Shown: one piece after another, positions 23,846 through 35,946 of the stretch
How the letters are laid out: each line of letters begins with the position of its first letter
Numbering within the stretch: the first letter of the stretch is position 1
Assembly: GCA_032718475.1 (NCBI GenBank)
Contig: JAUCBJ010009049.1
Span: 1-64,000, forward strand
DNA from: Nemertoderma westbladi
Taxonomy: Eukaryota > Animalia > Xenacoelomorpha
Direction of reading: 5' to 3'
Length of the DNA: 64,000 nt
Notes under the pieces: model-generated
Seen by the model: only the letters and a program-made list of their open reading frames with translations
Databases searched by the model: none
Told to the model about the DNA's origin: nothing
Position numbers and translations under genes: made by a program

Positions 23846-25486
23846 TTATTGTTTAGAGAAACGTAAATTACAGCAACAAGTCCAATCGGTGAAGGAGTTG
23901 GCCTTGCCACAGTTCAATCAAGAAATCCAAAACCTCGAGGAAGACATCGAGCTTGGACGCACGTATTCTCTACAAGAGTTTTTAGATGAACGCCTACAGC
24001 GACAAGTTGAGGAAAACCAACTCGAGGAGAAACACACTGAAATGGATGAGAGAGAAGAAGCCTCTTTAGCACAACCCCAATCGTGACGATACAACCCCAA
24101 CCGGTTGATATCAACATAAGATCACGAAATCTTATCGCTGACGCTCCTATGTTACAGCGTCCGCCAATCGAGGCCGCTCGTGTTGACGGTATACTCGTTG
24201 AACCTCCGGACAATCGAGCGGATCTTATCCGTCATATGGTGCACGATGTCAACATACGCGCTAGACCTTTACCGAACTCGTTTTATGGGATTAAAGACCA
24301 CACTTATTACGTCAATCTGACTCAATATTATATGGTAAAACCTGAAGACCCGACACATAATCTAAGGTTTCTACCGCTAATAAATCCTCTCGACCTTGTC
24401 GAACTCAAACAATTGCAGAAACATCTGGATCAGTTAGTGAAAGTAAACTCTTTCAGAAAACCATACAACGTTTCTAGAATCGAGAAGGATACAACACCTC
24501 CGTATAATCTCGATGGATTTATTAAAACTCGATTAGTCCATTGGAATCTCGACGTATTATTCGAAGAAGAGAGAATACAAAGATATGGAAATGTGGAGAC
24601 GTATACCACTCAGTACCTGAAGTATAGTGATCTCCCTGACGCTAGCCAATGCGCCACTTTGTGGCATCCAGTAGGGATGACCCTAGAGAACGCCACCAAA
24701 GAGTGGAACAAAACTCTTAATGTCATTGAAATGTATGGAGTTGTCACCTATGATAACGAAGGTAGCGTTCCGGTCGGAGAATTAGGAACTACGCGCATGA
24801 TACATATACGAGGATTAGCTGGTTCTACCCACGTGTTTACTCGAGCGTGTTCCGACGTGATTGATTATTCTTTTGAGACTCTCACCGAAATACAAAAGAA
24901 TCTCCGACATGGACAATTCGAACTCGCGCAGCGTTATGTCATTGACACCGAGCGCAAACCGGCCATGGGTATCGATGGATCGATGTTACCCCAGCCCGTG
25001 CTCGAGATGTTGTTCAACGAAAGAATCCTTAAAATCGGCTCAGCTGTTTATGGAGATCTCCAAAACGACTTTCGGAATATGGAAAATATCCCATATCCTT
25101 TCGTGGATACTCAGCTGATTGCTCCCTGGGCAGAAGGCCGAGGTTTCTTCCGCACCATGTATGCCAATACGTCCAGCAGCATCACTAAAGTACAACGAAC
25201 TTCCATCGGACATCTTGCCTTTCAGGAATACGGATGGAATTTCAAAGTCAGAAATCCTATCAACTATCAACAAGTATATGGAGACCATTATTCTCGATTA
25301 TACTTTGACGGACCATTGACCGCACCTGGTGTCGTGTATAGCTTCATGAGTGTTCCACTTCGTCCCTCCCTGGCTATATACACGATCTTTGAAAACACCG
25401 CACTTGCCGGTTGGCTAGCCGATGTGTGCAGTCGTACTATACGCGCCCATCCATTAATACTTGAAACCAAACTCGCTAAGCTAGAT
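23846..25486 (+). pseudogene. A1 ORF3 fragment: DEDDy-like 3'-5' exonuclease domain
   Basis: Motifs VVTYDNEG, LPQPVLEMLFNERILKIGSAVYGDL, FVDTQ and YTIFE. Close copy of A2 59879-61590. Confidence 0.8.
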
Positions 25487-25586
25487 NNNNNNNNNNNNNN
25501 NNNNNNNNNNNNNNNNNNNNNNNNNNNNNNNNNNNNNNNNNNNNNNNNNNNNNNNNNNNNNNNNNNNNNNNNNNNNNNNNNNNNNN
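25487..25586. other. Assembly gap (100 N)
   Basis: Run of N; the flanks belong to unrelated elements. Confidence 1.
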
Positions 25587-27470
25587 ATTGAAAATTCTAT
25601 CTAGTAAAAATAAAAAAGCATTATTTAAATACGCTAAGAGCCGTACAACAAATCGTAGCTCTATAGCCCCCTTAAAGAAAAAGGATGGTTCCCTAGCAAC
25701 CACTGACAAAGAAAAATGTGATTCAATACTCATCTGTCGGTAATGTAGATAATGGTGAATTTCTTGTATTTAACCAGCAAACTGACGAAACTTTTGACAT
25801 TCATTGCATTTCTGAATCTAAAGTTATTGATATCCTTGCTAAATTACAGTATAAATTTGGAGATACGCCAGACGACATTCCTGTTGCTACCTTAAAAATA
25901 TTTAGATTTGAATTATGTTATCCATTGTGCATATTATTTAATGAATCACTCTTAACTGGTGCATTACCGAAGTGTTGGAAACAGGCCGATATTACATCTG
26001 TCTACAAAAAAGGCGATGCGTCCATTGGTGCTAATTATCGCCCTATTTCCATCACTTCTTCAGTCTGTCGTGTTCTAGTACAAATCATAGTTCATGAAAT
26101 GTCGGGTTTTTTAAAAAGGAACAATTTAATAACAGATGAACAATACGGATTTATTAAGGGCCGTAGCACTACCACTCAACTTTTAGACTGCACCTATAAT
26201 TGGGCAACTGCCCTTAATGCAAAATGTTTTACTGATGTAGTATACACAGACTATGCCAAGGCATTTGACTCTGTTGTGCCTAGTAAATTGTTACTTAAAC
26301 TTAAATGTTATGGAATTACAGGTAATTTGCATCGCTGGTTTGCCAGCTATTTAACTGATCGTGTTCAGCGAGTGAAAATAGGTGAAAGCTTTTCTAATTT
26401 TCACAAAGTTATATCGGGTGTAGCACAGGGTTCGTGTGTCGGTCCCCTATTATTTATTATTTTCATTAATGATATGCCTACGCACCTTTCCGGTATTAAT
26501 TCCAGGCTCTTTGCTGACGATACCAAGATATTTTGTGCTTTTCGTAATATTGATAACCGTATATTACTGCAGAAAAATCTTGATATTTTTTCCAGTTGGT
26601 CTAGTGATTGGCAGTTGAATTTAGAAGAAACAAAATGTAAAAGCCTCACCCTTGGTAATGTAGCTATGCCTTCATCATATAGAATTAATGATACGCAACT
26701 TGCAAATGTTAATTCGTATCGCAATCTTGGAGTGATTGTGTATAAGGATCTTAAATTTACAGAACATGTAATGACTATTACATCCTCTGCTTATCGGTCT
26801 ATAAATAAAATATTTCGATGCTTTTTAACTTCTAACGTTCAGGCATTATTATGTGCATATACAGCGTTTGTTAGACCCATTCTAGAGTACGCTAGCTGTG
26901 TCTGGAACCCATTTTATTCTGGCGCGCCATTTCTCGGCCTTACTGACAAAATTGAAGCGACTCAACGTTATTTCACTCGTAGACTATTCTATGGGTGTAA
27001 GTTGGATTGTGACATGTGTTATGTAGATAGGCTTTCATTTTTAAATTTGCAACCGCTGGAAATACGTAGGATCCATATTGATTTGGTGTACACTTATAAA
27101 ATAATGCATAATCTTTTAGACCTTGATCCTGAAAAATACCGATGATATTGTTACCAGTATTTCTGTGGAGCAATTTAAACTAAAATTATTGAATGCGATC
27201 TCACTAAATACTGCAATTTTAATAGGAATTTGTAACTTGTTTCGTTGTAAATTTTTATTTCCTTTAAATACTTTGTGCAATGCGTTGCATATTTAATATT
27301 AATTGATATTTACTTAAGCTAGAGTATCAGTCGCCTCGTTTACCGTGTTAACCTTTTTACTTTTGTCCTGGTCGGTACATTGTGCCTTTTATTGTGATTT
27401 TTAATGTTGTCTGTGCGCTACTCTAACTGGAGTTATCTCCGAATAATATATCTTATCTTATCTTATCTTA
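25587..27470 (+). mobile_element. CR1-like LINE, 3' part (RT ORF 25718-27145) with (TCTTA)n tail
   Basis: Motifs NYRPISITS, QYGFIKGRST, YTDYAKAFDSV, SGVAQGSCVGPLLF, LFADDTK and VRPILEYASCVWNP. Tail TCTTATCTTATCTTATCTTA at 27451-27470. Confidence 0.9.
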
Positions 27471-27479
27471 AACCTATTT

Positions 27480-28010
27480 CTGAAACTCTGATGACTAAAT
27501 ACTTGGGGCTGTAGATTGATTCTGACATGTCTTGGAAAACACAAACTAACTATATAGTATATACACAAAAAAATATCAAAATCCATTGGAATATTTTACA
27601 AGTTACGTTATGTCCTTCCGCGGCAAATATTGCGTATGCTTTATTTTACATTAATCCACCCTTACATCTTTTTTATGCTCTTATAGTTTGGGGTAACACA
27701 TCATTCTTTCATTCACCCACTCAAGGTGTGTGTTAATAAAGTACTAAGAGATATATTTTCCGACTCCCGATCCTCAGCTACTCAACTTTACAAAGAACTA
27801 TGGATTCTACCAATTGAAAAGTTATACATACAGCAAGCCATGCAAGTAGCTACGGTAATGTTTGATATATCCAACAATCCCGGCAATTCAAGTCTCTCTA
27901 ATTTATTTTCAAAGGTCTCTGACATTCACCCATATAATACGAGAGCGACATGACAACATCGAAAAATTACTATCTCCCTAATGTCCGTCTCGTTGTTGCT
28001 CATCGCTCTT
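27480..28010 (+). pseudogene. Second CR1/L2-like LINE ORF2 C-terminal fragment
   Basis: Reads KYLGL*IDSDMSWK, IVWGNT and HPYNTR across frameshifts. Confidence 0.7.
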
Positions 28011-28870
28011 TACTATCTCCCTAATGTCCGTCTCGTTGTCGCTCATTGTTCTTTACTATCTCCCTAATGTCCGTCTCGTTGTTGCTCATCGCTCTTTACT
28101 ATCTCCCTAATGTCCGTCTCGTTGTTGCTCATCGCTCTTTACTATCTCCCTAATGTCCGTCTCATTGTCGCTCATCGCTCTTAACTATCTCCCTAATGTC
28201 CATCTCATTGTCGCTCATCGCTCTTTACTACCTCCCTAATGTCTGTCTCATTCTTGCTCATCGCTCTTTACTATCTCCCTAATGTCCGTCTCGTTGTCGC
28301 CCATTGCTCTTTACTATCTCCCTAATGTCCGTCTTGTTGTCGCTCATCGCTCTTTACTATCTCCCTAATGTCTGTCTCGTTGTCGCTCATCGATCTTTAC
28401 TATCTCCCTTATGTCCGTCTCGTTGTCGCTCATCGCTCTTTACTACCTCCCTAATGTCCGTCTCGTTGTCGCTCATTGCTCTTTACTATCTCCCTAATGT
28501 CTGTCTCGTTGTCGCTCATCGCTCTTTACTACCTCCCTAATGTCCGTCTCGTTGTCGCTCATCGCTCTTTACTACCTCCCTTATGTCCATCATGTTGACG
28601 CTCGTCGCTCTTTACTATCTCCCTAATGTCCGTCTCGTTGTCGCTCATTGCTCTTTACTATCTCCCTTATGTCCATCTCGTTGTCGCTCATCGCTCTTTA
28701 CTATCTCCCTTATGTCCATCTCATTGTCGCTCATCGCTCTTTACTATCTCCCTAATGTCCGTCTCATTGTCGCTCATCGCTCTTTACTATCTCCCTTATG
28801 TCCGTCTCATTGTTGCTCATCGCTCTTTACTATCTCCCTTATGTCCGTCTCATTGTCGCTCATCGCTCTT
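27968..28870. repeat. 43-bp minisatellite, 21 units
   Basis: Unit TACTATCTCCCTAATGTCCGTCTCGTTGTCGCTCATCGCTCTT; 903 bp = 21 x 43. Confidence 0.97.
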
Positions 28871-31254
28871 TGTTGTGTCCCCTACGGTAAGGACTACCCG
28901 ACAGCCTACAAATCTACTAATCAAGCTATAGGATATCTCTAACCGTAGAGTCCAGTAGTATACCGCTTACCAGATCCTAGTAACGATGTATCTTACTATG
29001 AGACTCTAGTAATGAAACGGGCTCGTACAGTATCTGACAACAAATCCCAGTCCAGGATATCTAAACAAACAGACACAATACACAAACTACTACTGGCGAG
29101 GAGCAGAGCCTGGTGTCTATTCTATGTACGCGAGTGGGTCTAATGCCTATGAACTAGACAGAAGGATACCTGTCCTCTAACCGGTATGGCAGATGTACAG
29201 TTACAGTAACAGACCAAACTCACGGGAAAACAATCCCCGCGCAGCGAATCCTAACTATCGCTGACAGTCCTAAATACCGTAACTTGCCGCGGTGTGATTT
29301 ATATGGTTTATATACGAGCTAGGTGGAACACAGCCCTAGCGTAACAATACTGATTACCCTTGTCTGAATCAGCCTAAGAATGGTCGTGCCTAAATGTCGT
29401 GCATAACTGATGCCCTGTACGAAATCAGTCTAAAAGGGTCGTGTCTAACGTACTATACTGCTGGGTAGAAAACAACAGTTTAATAACGAATAATGAAATA
29501 CAGAAAATCCTCCCCTTTTGCCGTAACTAAATATCAGATCCTAATTCTACAAATACAGATAAATTCTGCCTAAATCTAAAGTGCGCTATCTAGTAGGAAC
29601 TCTAAGGGTAAATATGTTTTAGGGCGTGTGTGTGTGGGTGTGTTACAAATAAAACAATTTTGGTGAACGTCGTTTCACTAGGTTTTAGTGATTTCCTGAC
29701 TAAAATAATACCGAGCGCTAGCTACTAAAATAAACTAGTCGCGTTTGTAGAACTTTATACTCACAAAATGACGTCAAAGCTCTTTCCTTCCTATCCACAA
29801 CTCAACTGGGCAACCACGGTGTTAGTAACTACACCCGTGATCGGCACAAATACCAGATTCTGGTTGTAAGATAAGAAATAGGGATTAATTGCTACCGTAA
29901 GTTAGCTGATCTGGTATACAAATTTGATTCTAGAATTTTGTTGCTGCGGTAGTTAGCAGCAAATACCTATCAGTACGTGGCAAGGCGCGGTAGGATATTA
30001 ATAAACCTCCCTAGGCCAAGCGGTGTGCCGGTAGCTGAAATGCTCCTTGCCTGATCAAATAACTAACTCCAGGAGGAAGGGGGGGGGGGGGGTACTAATG
30101 TATGTTCACAAAGCGAACCGGTACCAAACAGTCAGTACTAACAAATCACTAAATTATGGAACGTATGCTGTCCGTACCTAATATGTACTTGCGTACTGAC
30201 GAACGGCAATAGCTCACGTTTGTACCTGTAACGCATATAGGTGTTCCAAGGGTTTGTAGGGCTGACAAGAAAAGGGGGGGGGGGGGTTTCTGCCTGAAAT
30301 ATAATTATTTGATCCTAAATTTTGCGGCGTGCCAGAACGGCATCACGCTCACCCTGATCTATAGGTCTTACGGCGGGCAAGGGCGTCGAACAAAGTCTTA
30401 CCTTCCTCATAAAGCGGGCGCTGCATGGCAAGTCGGAGTATTTCGAAGGGCGAAGGGGGTGTGCGGTCGAACTAATGTGGGCGCTAGCGTGTTGTGGACA
30501 TCCCTTCCCTGCGTTGCTGACGGCCTAACTGTTTAGGCTGAAATCCTCCCGATGTTTGGCTGTCCCGAAGTCGGACCAAAAGAAAACATGTTCAGGAGTT
30601 TGCAGTATATTTACAGTTTAGATTCGAGCAAAGATTATCTAACAGAGTTTCAACAAGAAACCAAAAAGTAATAAAACTAAAAGAGTAACGTTAGGGATAA
30701 AGTATCCAGTCAAGAATGATAGGTGATAACCGAAGGCAAACCAGCCCTTATATACTAAATATCGCACATGGAAACCAAACAGAATTTTTCACAGCTTCAC
30801 AATTGAGCAATGAGACGCTCTGTGCCCTATGATTGGCCCAGCTCATCGTTCAATGTTAACCGGCCCTTACACTAATCTGGGACACGGAATCCTAGCAGAA
30901 ATTTTCATAGCCTCACATTTGAGCAATAAGATAATTTATGGCCTATGATTGGCCTGGCTCATCTTTTGATACGTTGTACGCATCTCATTGGTCCACCAAT
31001 TTGCTCCAAATGAAAATAAATGGCCCCAAAATACAAATTTCCCGACCGGGAATCGAACACGTAACCTATCTGTAATGCAACCAACGCCTTAACCATCTGA
31101 CCACTACGCCACGAGAGTAACTAGGGGCTTTATGTGTACAATATGAATAGGCAATATTACATTACTGTAACTTAATCAAAATGCGTCGGATTTTCGAAAG
31201 TTTTTACGTTAAAGTTAAACTACAAATGCTATCTTATAGTGAAATAATTCATCA
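28871..31254 (-). repeat. Putative family B 3' LTR (~2.4 kb; alternative end at 30589)
   Basis: On the minus strand it starts TGATGA directly after GGAGCGG and ends GGGGACACAACA at a sharp junction with the minisatellite. It has CCAAT boxes (30830-31000) and TATATAAG (30747-30754). The partner LTR is not in the window. Confidence 0.6.
31041..31110 (-). pseudogene. tRNA-like (Pol III A/B-box) cassette inside the family B LTR
   Basis: GGCGTAGTGGTCAGATGGTTAAGGCG...TTGCAT...GTGTTCGATTCCCGGTCGGG has A- and B-boxes at tRNA spacing, but the acceptor and anticodon stems pair poorly. Confidence 0.6.
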
Positions 31255-31289
31255 CCGCTCCATGAAAACAGTAAGTAGGACTGTTTTCA
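31255..31289 (-). promoter_or_regulatory. Hairpin plus short PPT (GGAGCGG) preceding the family B 3' LTR
   Basis: Minus strand TGAAAACAGT-cctactt-ACTGTTTTCA-T-GGAGCGG|TG, the same architecture as the family A PPT. Confidence 0.75.
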
Positions 31290-32116
31290 CCAATCGAAAT
31301 ACGAACTTATTTACAAATATTTCTAAATCTACTGGTAGGGCCTAAAATATAAAATAATCACTATCTAATTATTGCATACTTAATATTGCAGGTATGGCGT
31401 AAATACAATCCATCGTACATACAAAATACAAATTTTACTAATTAACTTTAGTACATAAAATGCTTTCGGTTATCAAGGTAAACAAATGAAACAAATTAGA
31501 TCAAACAAATTAGAACAAACAAACAAATAATTTCAATCTCTTGCAGTAAATCTTTATATTGTAAATATACATAATAAACTTCCACCAAATTAAATCAGTT
31601 CAAATATAAAATAAACATAATGCGCTAATAATTTCCAAATAAGTATTAAAGTGTCCTCCTGACGAGCTGAAAAGTTCGTCCTGCTGGTCTGGATGTCTTC
31701 TCCTGAGCACTAATTGCTAACGGTAGGCTCGCAAGCCTTCCTTCTCTATCTTGCTCCTCCAAACCAACGTCCAAAACATAATGTCCAATATAAATATCCA
31801 AATATAATATCCAAATATAATATCCAAATGAAACATCCGAATATAAATATCCAAATTGGTAGGCTCGCAAGCCTTCCTTCTTCTCTCTTCCTATTCCTTT
31901 GCTGAGTGGGTCGTCCACGTCCTCTAGTGCGACTGGATGGTGGTCGAGGTCGAACTGGGCTTGGACTTCGGCGTCGAGTTGTCGGTGGTTCCAAAATGCT
32001 AGGAAATGGGACGACGGGAGTTTCGCACATCCATCGTACGCTCAATCCTCTAAATCCTCGTCCGATTCCAATCGTCAATTTAACATCGGACGAGTCTCTA
32101 CAACGCTGGGAGGAAG

Positions 32117-35100
32117 TCAAAATGGTGAGACTATTCCGTCCGCTGACACCTCGCTCTCTGACGTCGTTTGAATCCTAAAGGGTTCCGGCAAAGCGTATCC
32201 TGTCCCTCCGCGTGGTTCTCTAGCAAGGGAAACTGTACCCCGAGTCATCCGGATTTGCGATTTTGATGTCATCCTCTCGGCGACATTTACTACCATCTTT
32301 ATCTCTTGTCCGGCCTTTTGGGCTTTGAGTATATGGAATTGCTGATCATCCTGTGGGTGACGTGTCCTCTCCGCTAGTGGTGTGGCCTTGAAGCCAGTCT
32401 CACGCAAAACGTCTGTCTCGTCTAGAATACACGAGGTTACGCGTTTGTGATAAAATGCGCTCCTGTATGCCCAAGCTATCGAATGCCAGGCTCCTTGATT
32501 ACGCTGTTCAACTCGCAATTTGTCGAATTCCCCGGCGGTAATCTTGTTCACCACAGTTTGAAAGTTCCAAGTGTTCTTGTTGTCGGGGTGTACCTGTAGA
32601 AAGTAGTCCCGCACAACCTTAAATCCGCTATCCAGAGGCAATATATCCAGCACCTCCAACAATTCATCATACTGAGGCATAGCCGATACGTATCCTTTGT
32701 TTGACATTATGAGAGGGTTTACGGCCCAAAATCCCAAATGTGCTCTCATAGGAAAACGGCGTCGCTGTGTAGATACATGCTCGTCTGCTAGATCCTCCCA
32801 ATGGTCGAATAGCTGTCGAACGATTTTAACTGACATGTGCTCATAGGAAACATCTCTAAGTTGACATTCAGATGCCCTATGGCCCTTAATATTACAAAAC
32901 GTGCACTGCGCCACGAAACGCCAGCAAGTGTAGAAAGTGTGCGAACGTTGATCCCCACACCAGTTACATACCAACTCCGGTAGAGATATGTGCTTCGCTC
33001 TGCATTTCTTTGCGTGGTGGCCAGTTGCCCCGCATCTGCCGCAAATAGTGTTGGCAGGGTACCAAACTTGCTCATAGATGAGATCTCCGATGGGACGAGC
33101 GCTACCGTCCACGTGATAATTCTCATCCTTCACCGAGACATAACGGATGTCGCTTTAGGGTTCTAGATACTATGTCGGCGATGAAACAAACGTTGACCGA
33201 AGATTCTATCGCTAAGTAGTATTGCAAGATTATCTGTGGAGGTGAAGTAATCGCCCAATACATGCAAACTCGCCACTTTAACTGTGACTCGAACTCGTTT
33301 ACGCCGGGGGTATCTCCCTCTCCATATACGTCTGTGTACTTGCTCCTCCTACTCTCCTTATAATCCCAACTGAACATTAGATATGAGATATAACCCGTCC
33401 CAGTTTTTAGCGTGTTATACTCCCTAAAGTATCCTTGCTCAATAGCCCAAAGCAACAATGGTCTATTATCCACGTATGGCGTAGACAGTTGATCCTCTTC
33501 CGTGGGCATTCCCGCGAAATCGCTAATAAGGTCATCCCGTACACCGGATCCGATCTTGACGATGCTCTTGTCCAACACAACGTCTCGCACGGCCTTTGGC
33601 AACATCCTAGCTTCTATGCTACAAGCCAGGTCCATGGATTTAACTATCCGTTTTATCATCGCGTGTCTTTGCGTCGTTCCTTCCGGCATAGGCATCTTTC
33701 TATCGCTCCTCTGTCGGCTGAAGACATGTAACACGCCGTCTGGTGCTCTAATCTGTATAGTTTTCGAAGTGAGGCTTTGCTGATGGCTTCCTCCTTCATT
33801 GTCGTAAAACATATAACCATTCTCCTTTAGAGATTGGCTGGTCACGTCCCAATCGTCGAGTAAATCGTCGATAGGGTTCCAAATTCTTCCAATTGACTTT
33901 TCGTCATCGAAGCTAATGGGTTTACCGGTCCAATTGGTCGCGATATCGGTGTCGGTCTCAAATGTTCCAACTCCGATCCATAATCGAATCGTTCTAGTCA
34001 GATATCCTCGTAAGATGCAAGGTGCGATATCCGTCCCCGCGCGATCCACTTCCTTAAAGTCCGTAATGTGTGGAGGCACGTTGCGTACGATTTTTTGGAC
34101 TATTATTTTATGCAACTCGGTTGACTCTAGCACATCACCGAAGGTAACCGATGGGAGGAAATCCAGGTTCGAGATGATCTCCGGGTGTTCAACTATGGGA
34201 ATCTCGTAAGTTGTCTCCTTCCGGGTCGGTACACTAATAGGAAAGCTAGTCGGTCTCGCAACTGGTACTATCGTTCCAGCAGAATGGGATTGAGGTTCTC
34301 GCGTTATCTCGACATGAGGTATCTGTAGTCTCTGCGACAAACGCTGAGCAAAGGTGATACTATCGAAGAGCTCGGGTGTCATCTCCTTGGGTTCGGTTTG
34401 ATCGTGGGATATCCAATAGAATGGTAGGCTCGCGAGCCTTCCGCCGAACTCCTCGATCTCGCCTTTCTCGTACGCCTTGTACGCCCTGTAGAGGCTCAAA
34501 GCTTCCCGTTTCTCTCTTGTCGACTTATTAGACTCGTCCACTACCATGCTGTAGACATCTGGTTCGACTAATCTAGGTTCGTTAATAACGATCTCACCCG
34601 CGTTCGGTCCACTCATTTTAAACGAATCGTACGGATTCGTCAAAGGGTATCCGCCTTCTTGGTAACGCAGACTTTGGTGGTATGAGCATCGCGCTAATAT
34701 CGGCTCGGGGTTCTCTGAGTTCAATCTCATAGGAATTGCGTTATCTTGCTCGCGCATACATGCTCCACATTTGTAAAACAGTTTGTATATGGAAAACGCG
34801 TCCTTTGTCTCTGGATCTGCTCCTCGAGCGCGTCTATAAAGATGCATTCCTTCGAATTCATCCCTGGCTGCAGGTAAGGGTTCATCTACCGTCAAATATT
34901 GCAGCGTATGATATAATCGGCGTATTTTGGTGTCTGGATCCTCGCAAATGTCGCTAGCGTCGCATAACGCATCGTAGGGATATAACGCATTGAACTCAGC
35001 GCGTATCTCTTCCGTTCTTTTGTTATATGCGTCCAACCGCTGTCGCGTAACATTCGGGTCCGCCTTGGATTTAGCGAACTTGGCTGTACTTCTGGCCATA

Positions 35101-35216
35101 CTCTCCACTCCAAACACACTAAAGTTTTTAGCTCCATATCGATTGAATGGCGCCTGGTGCTCTTGTTCTTGCGTAAACCCTTGATGTAACTCCTTATTCA
35201 TCTTCTCCGCCATCAT
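32117..35216 (-). CDS. B2 accessory ORF3 (frameshifted at ~33125): CxxC..CxxH module, DEDDy-like exonuclease, three zinc knuckles
   Basis: 33123-35216 gives CGAC..CSYH, MFYDNEG, LPKAVRDVVLDKSIVKIGSGVRDDL, YVDNR and YLAIE. 32117-33133 gives CGRCGATGHHAKKC, CNWCGDQRSHTFYTC and CTFCNIKGHRASEC. Aligns by eye with A2 ORF3. Confidence 0.8.
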
Positions 35217-35946
35217 ATACGCGTATATATGGTTACGTTGTTACGTTGCTACTAGATGAAACACAAAATAGAGGTTAGATGTGAGGTGACTTAGAATTTG
35301 TCGGCTTTTGGCTCAACTTTGCTCTAAACCCCAACCCATTTGCCTAATGACTTCGGGTTTGCGTGATTTCGCACTGGCTCCTAATCCAAAAAATTGTGCC
35401 GATAAAAAATGAATTCCGGGTAAACTAGCCGCGAGTCTAAAATACTCACCTTCAATTTCCCAAACTACATTCTTAAAGAAATAATGCAGTCGAGAATTAT
35501 TTGGTCTAAATAATAGTAGACACGACTACGTAGAACAAGGCCGATTTTCTTTTTCCAAAAGAAATTTATCGGTAGGCTCGCAAGCCTTCCATCCGCTCTT
35601 GTCCTCCCTAATTTTAATTTTTATCTAGCTGTAGTCTAGAATTCGTATTCACTGGAGAATCATTTTTCTTAAATTTAAATCCAACTAAATGGATTTGTCT
35701 AATAATTTTTGAAAAATTGTCTCTCTTGTAGGTTCCAAGTGGAATTCCATTCCTACTGTACACACAATCCCGCTCCTATGTGATACATAAGGGTACTACC
35801 CTCCATGTTCACGTATAAAGACAATGGAATTCCACCGCTGTCTCTATCTACAGTGAAGAGGATTACAAATGCACATACAGTAATACAAAATACTAAATGA
35901 CTAAAATACGGTAAGGCTATGTGGCGGCCATCAAGGGTCCCACATC

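Larger units (their letters stand above)
10910..25486 (+). mobile_element. BEL/Pao family A copy 1 (5' LTR, leader, gag-pol, accessory ORF3), deleted and cut by the gap
   Basis: Begins TGTAAAAGCTTTTGCGGA exactly where B1 gag homology stops (after GGAAC). Collinear with A2 throughout. Confidence 0.93.

Noticed and set aside
25476-25733. Fusion of the exonuclease ORF to the LINE RT
   Set aside because: They are separated by a 100-N gap, so adjacency is not established.
27968-28942. Repeat array as CRISPR, or its Leu/Ser-rich ORFs as membrane proteins
   Set aside because: Units are contiguous with no unique spacers, the context is eukaryotic, and the ORFs are translations of the repeat.
30079-30286. 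Poly-G runs as a G-quadruplex element
   Set aside because: Two isolated homopolymers with no second copy to test conservation.
31041-31110. Functional tRNA gene
   Set aside because: The acceptor and anticodon stems do not pair convincingly; kept only as tRNA-like.
33120-33135. Programmed frameshift between the exonuclease and knuckle halves of B ORF3
   Set aside because: Family A encodes both in one frame, B2 has many other decay frameshifts, and no slippery heptamer is evident.
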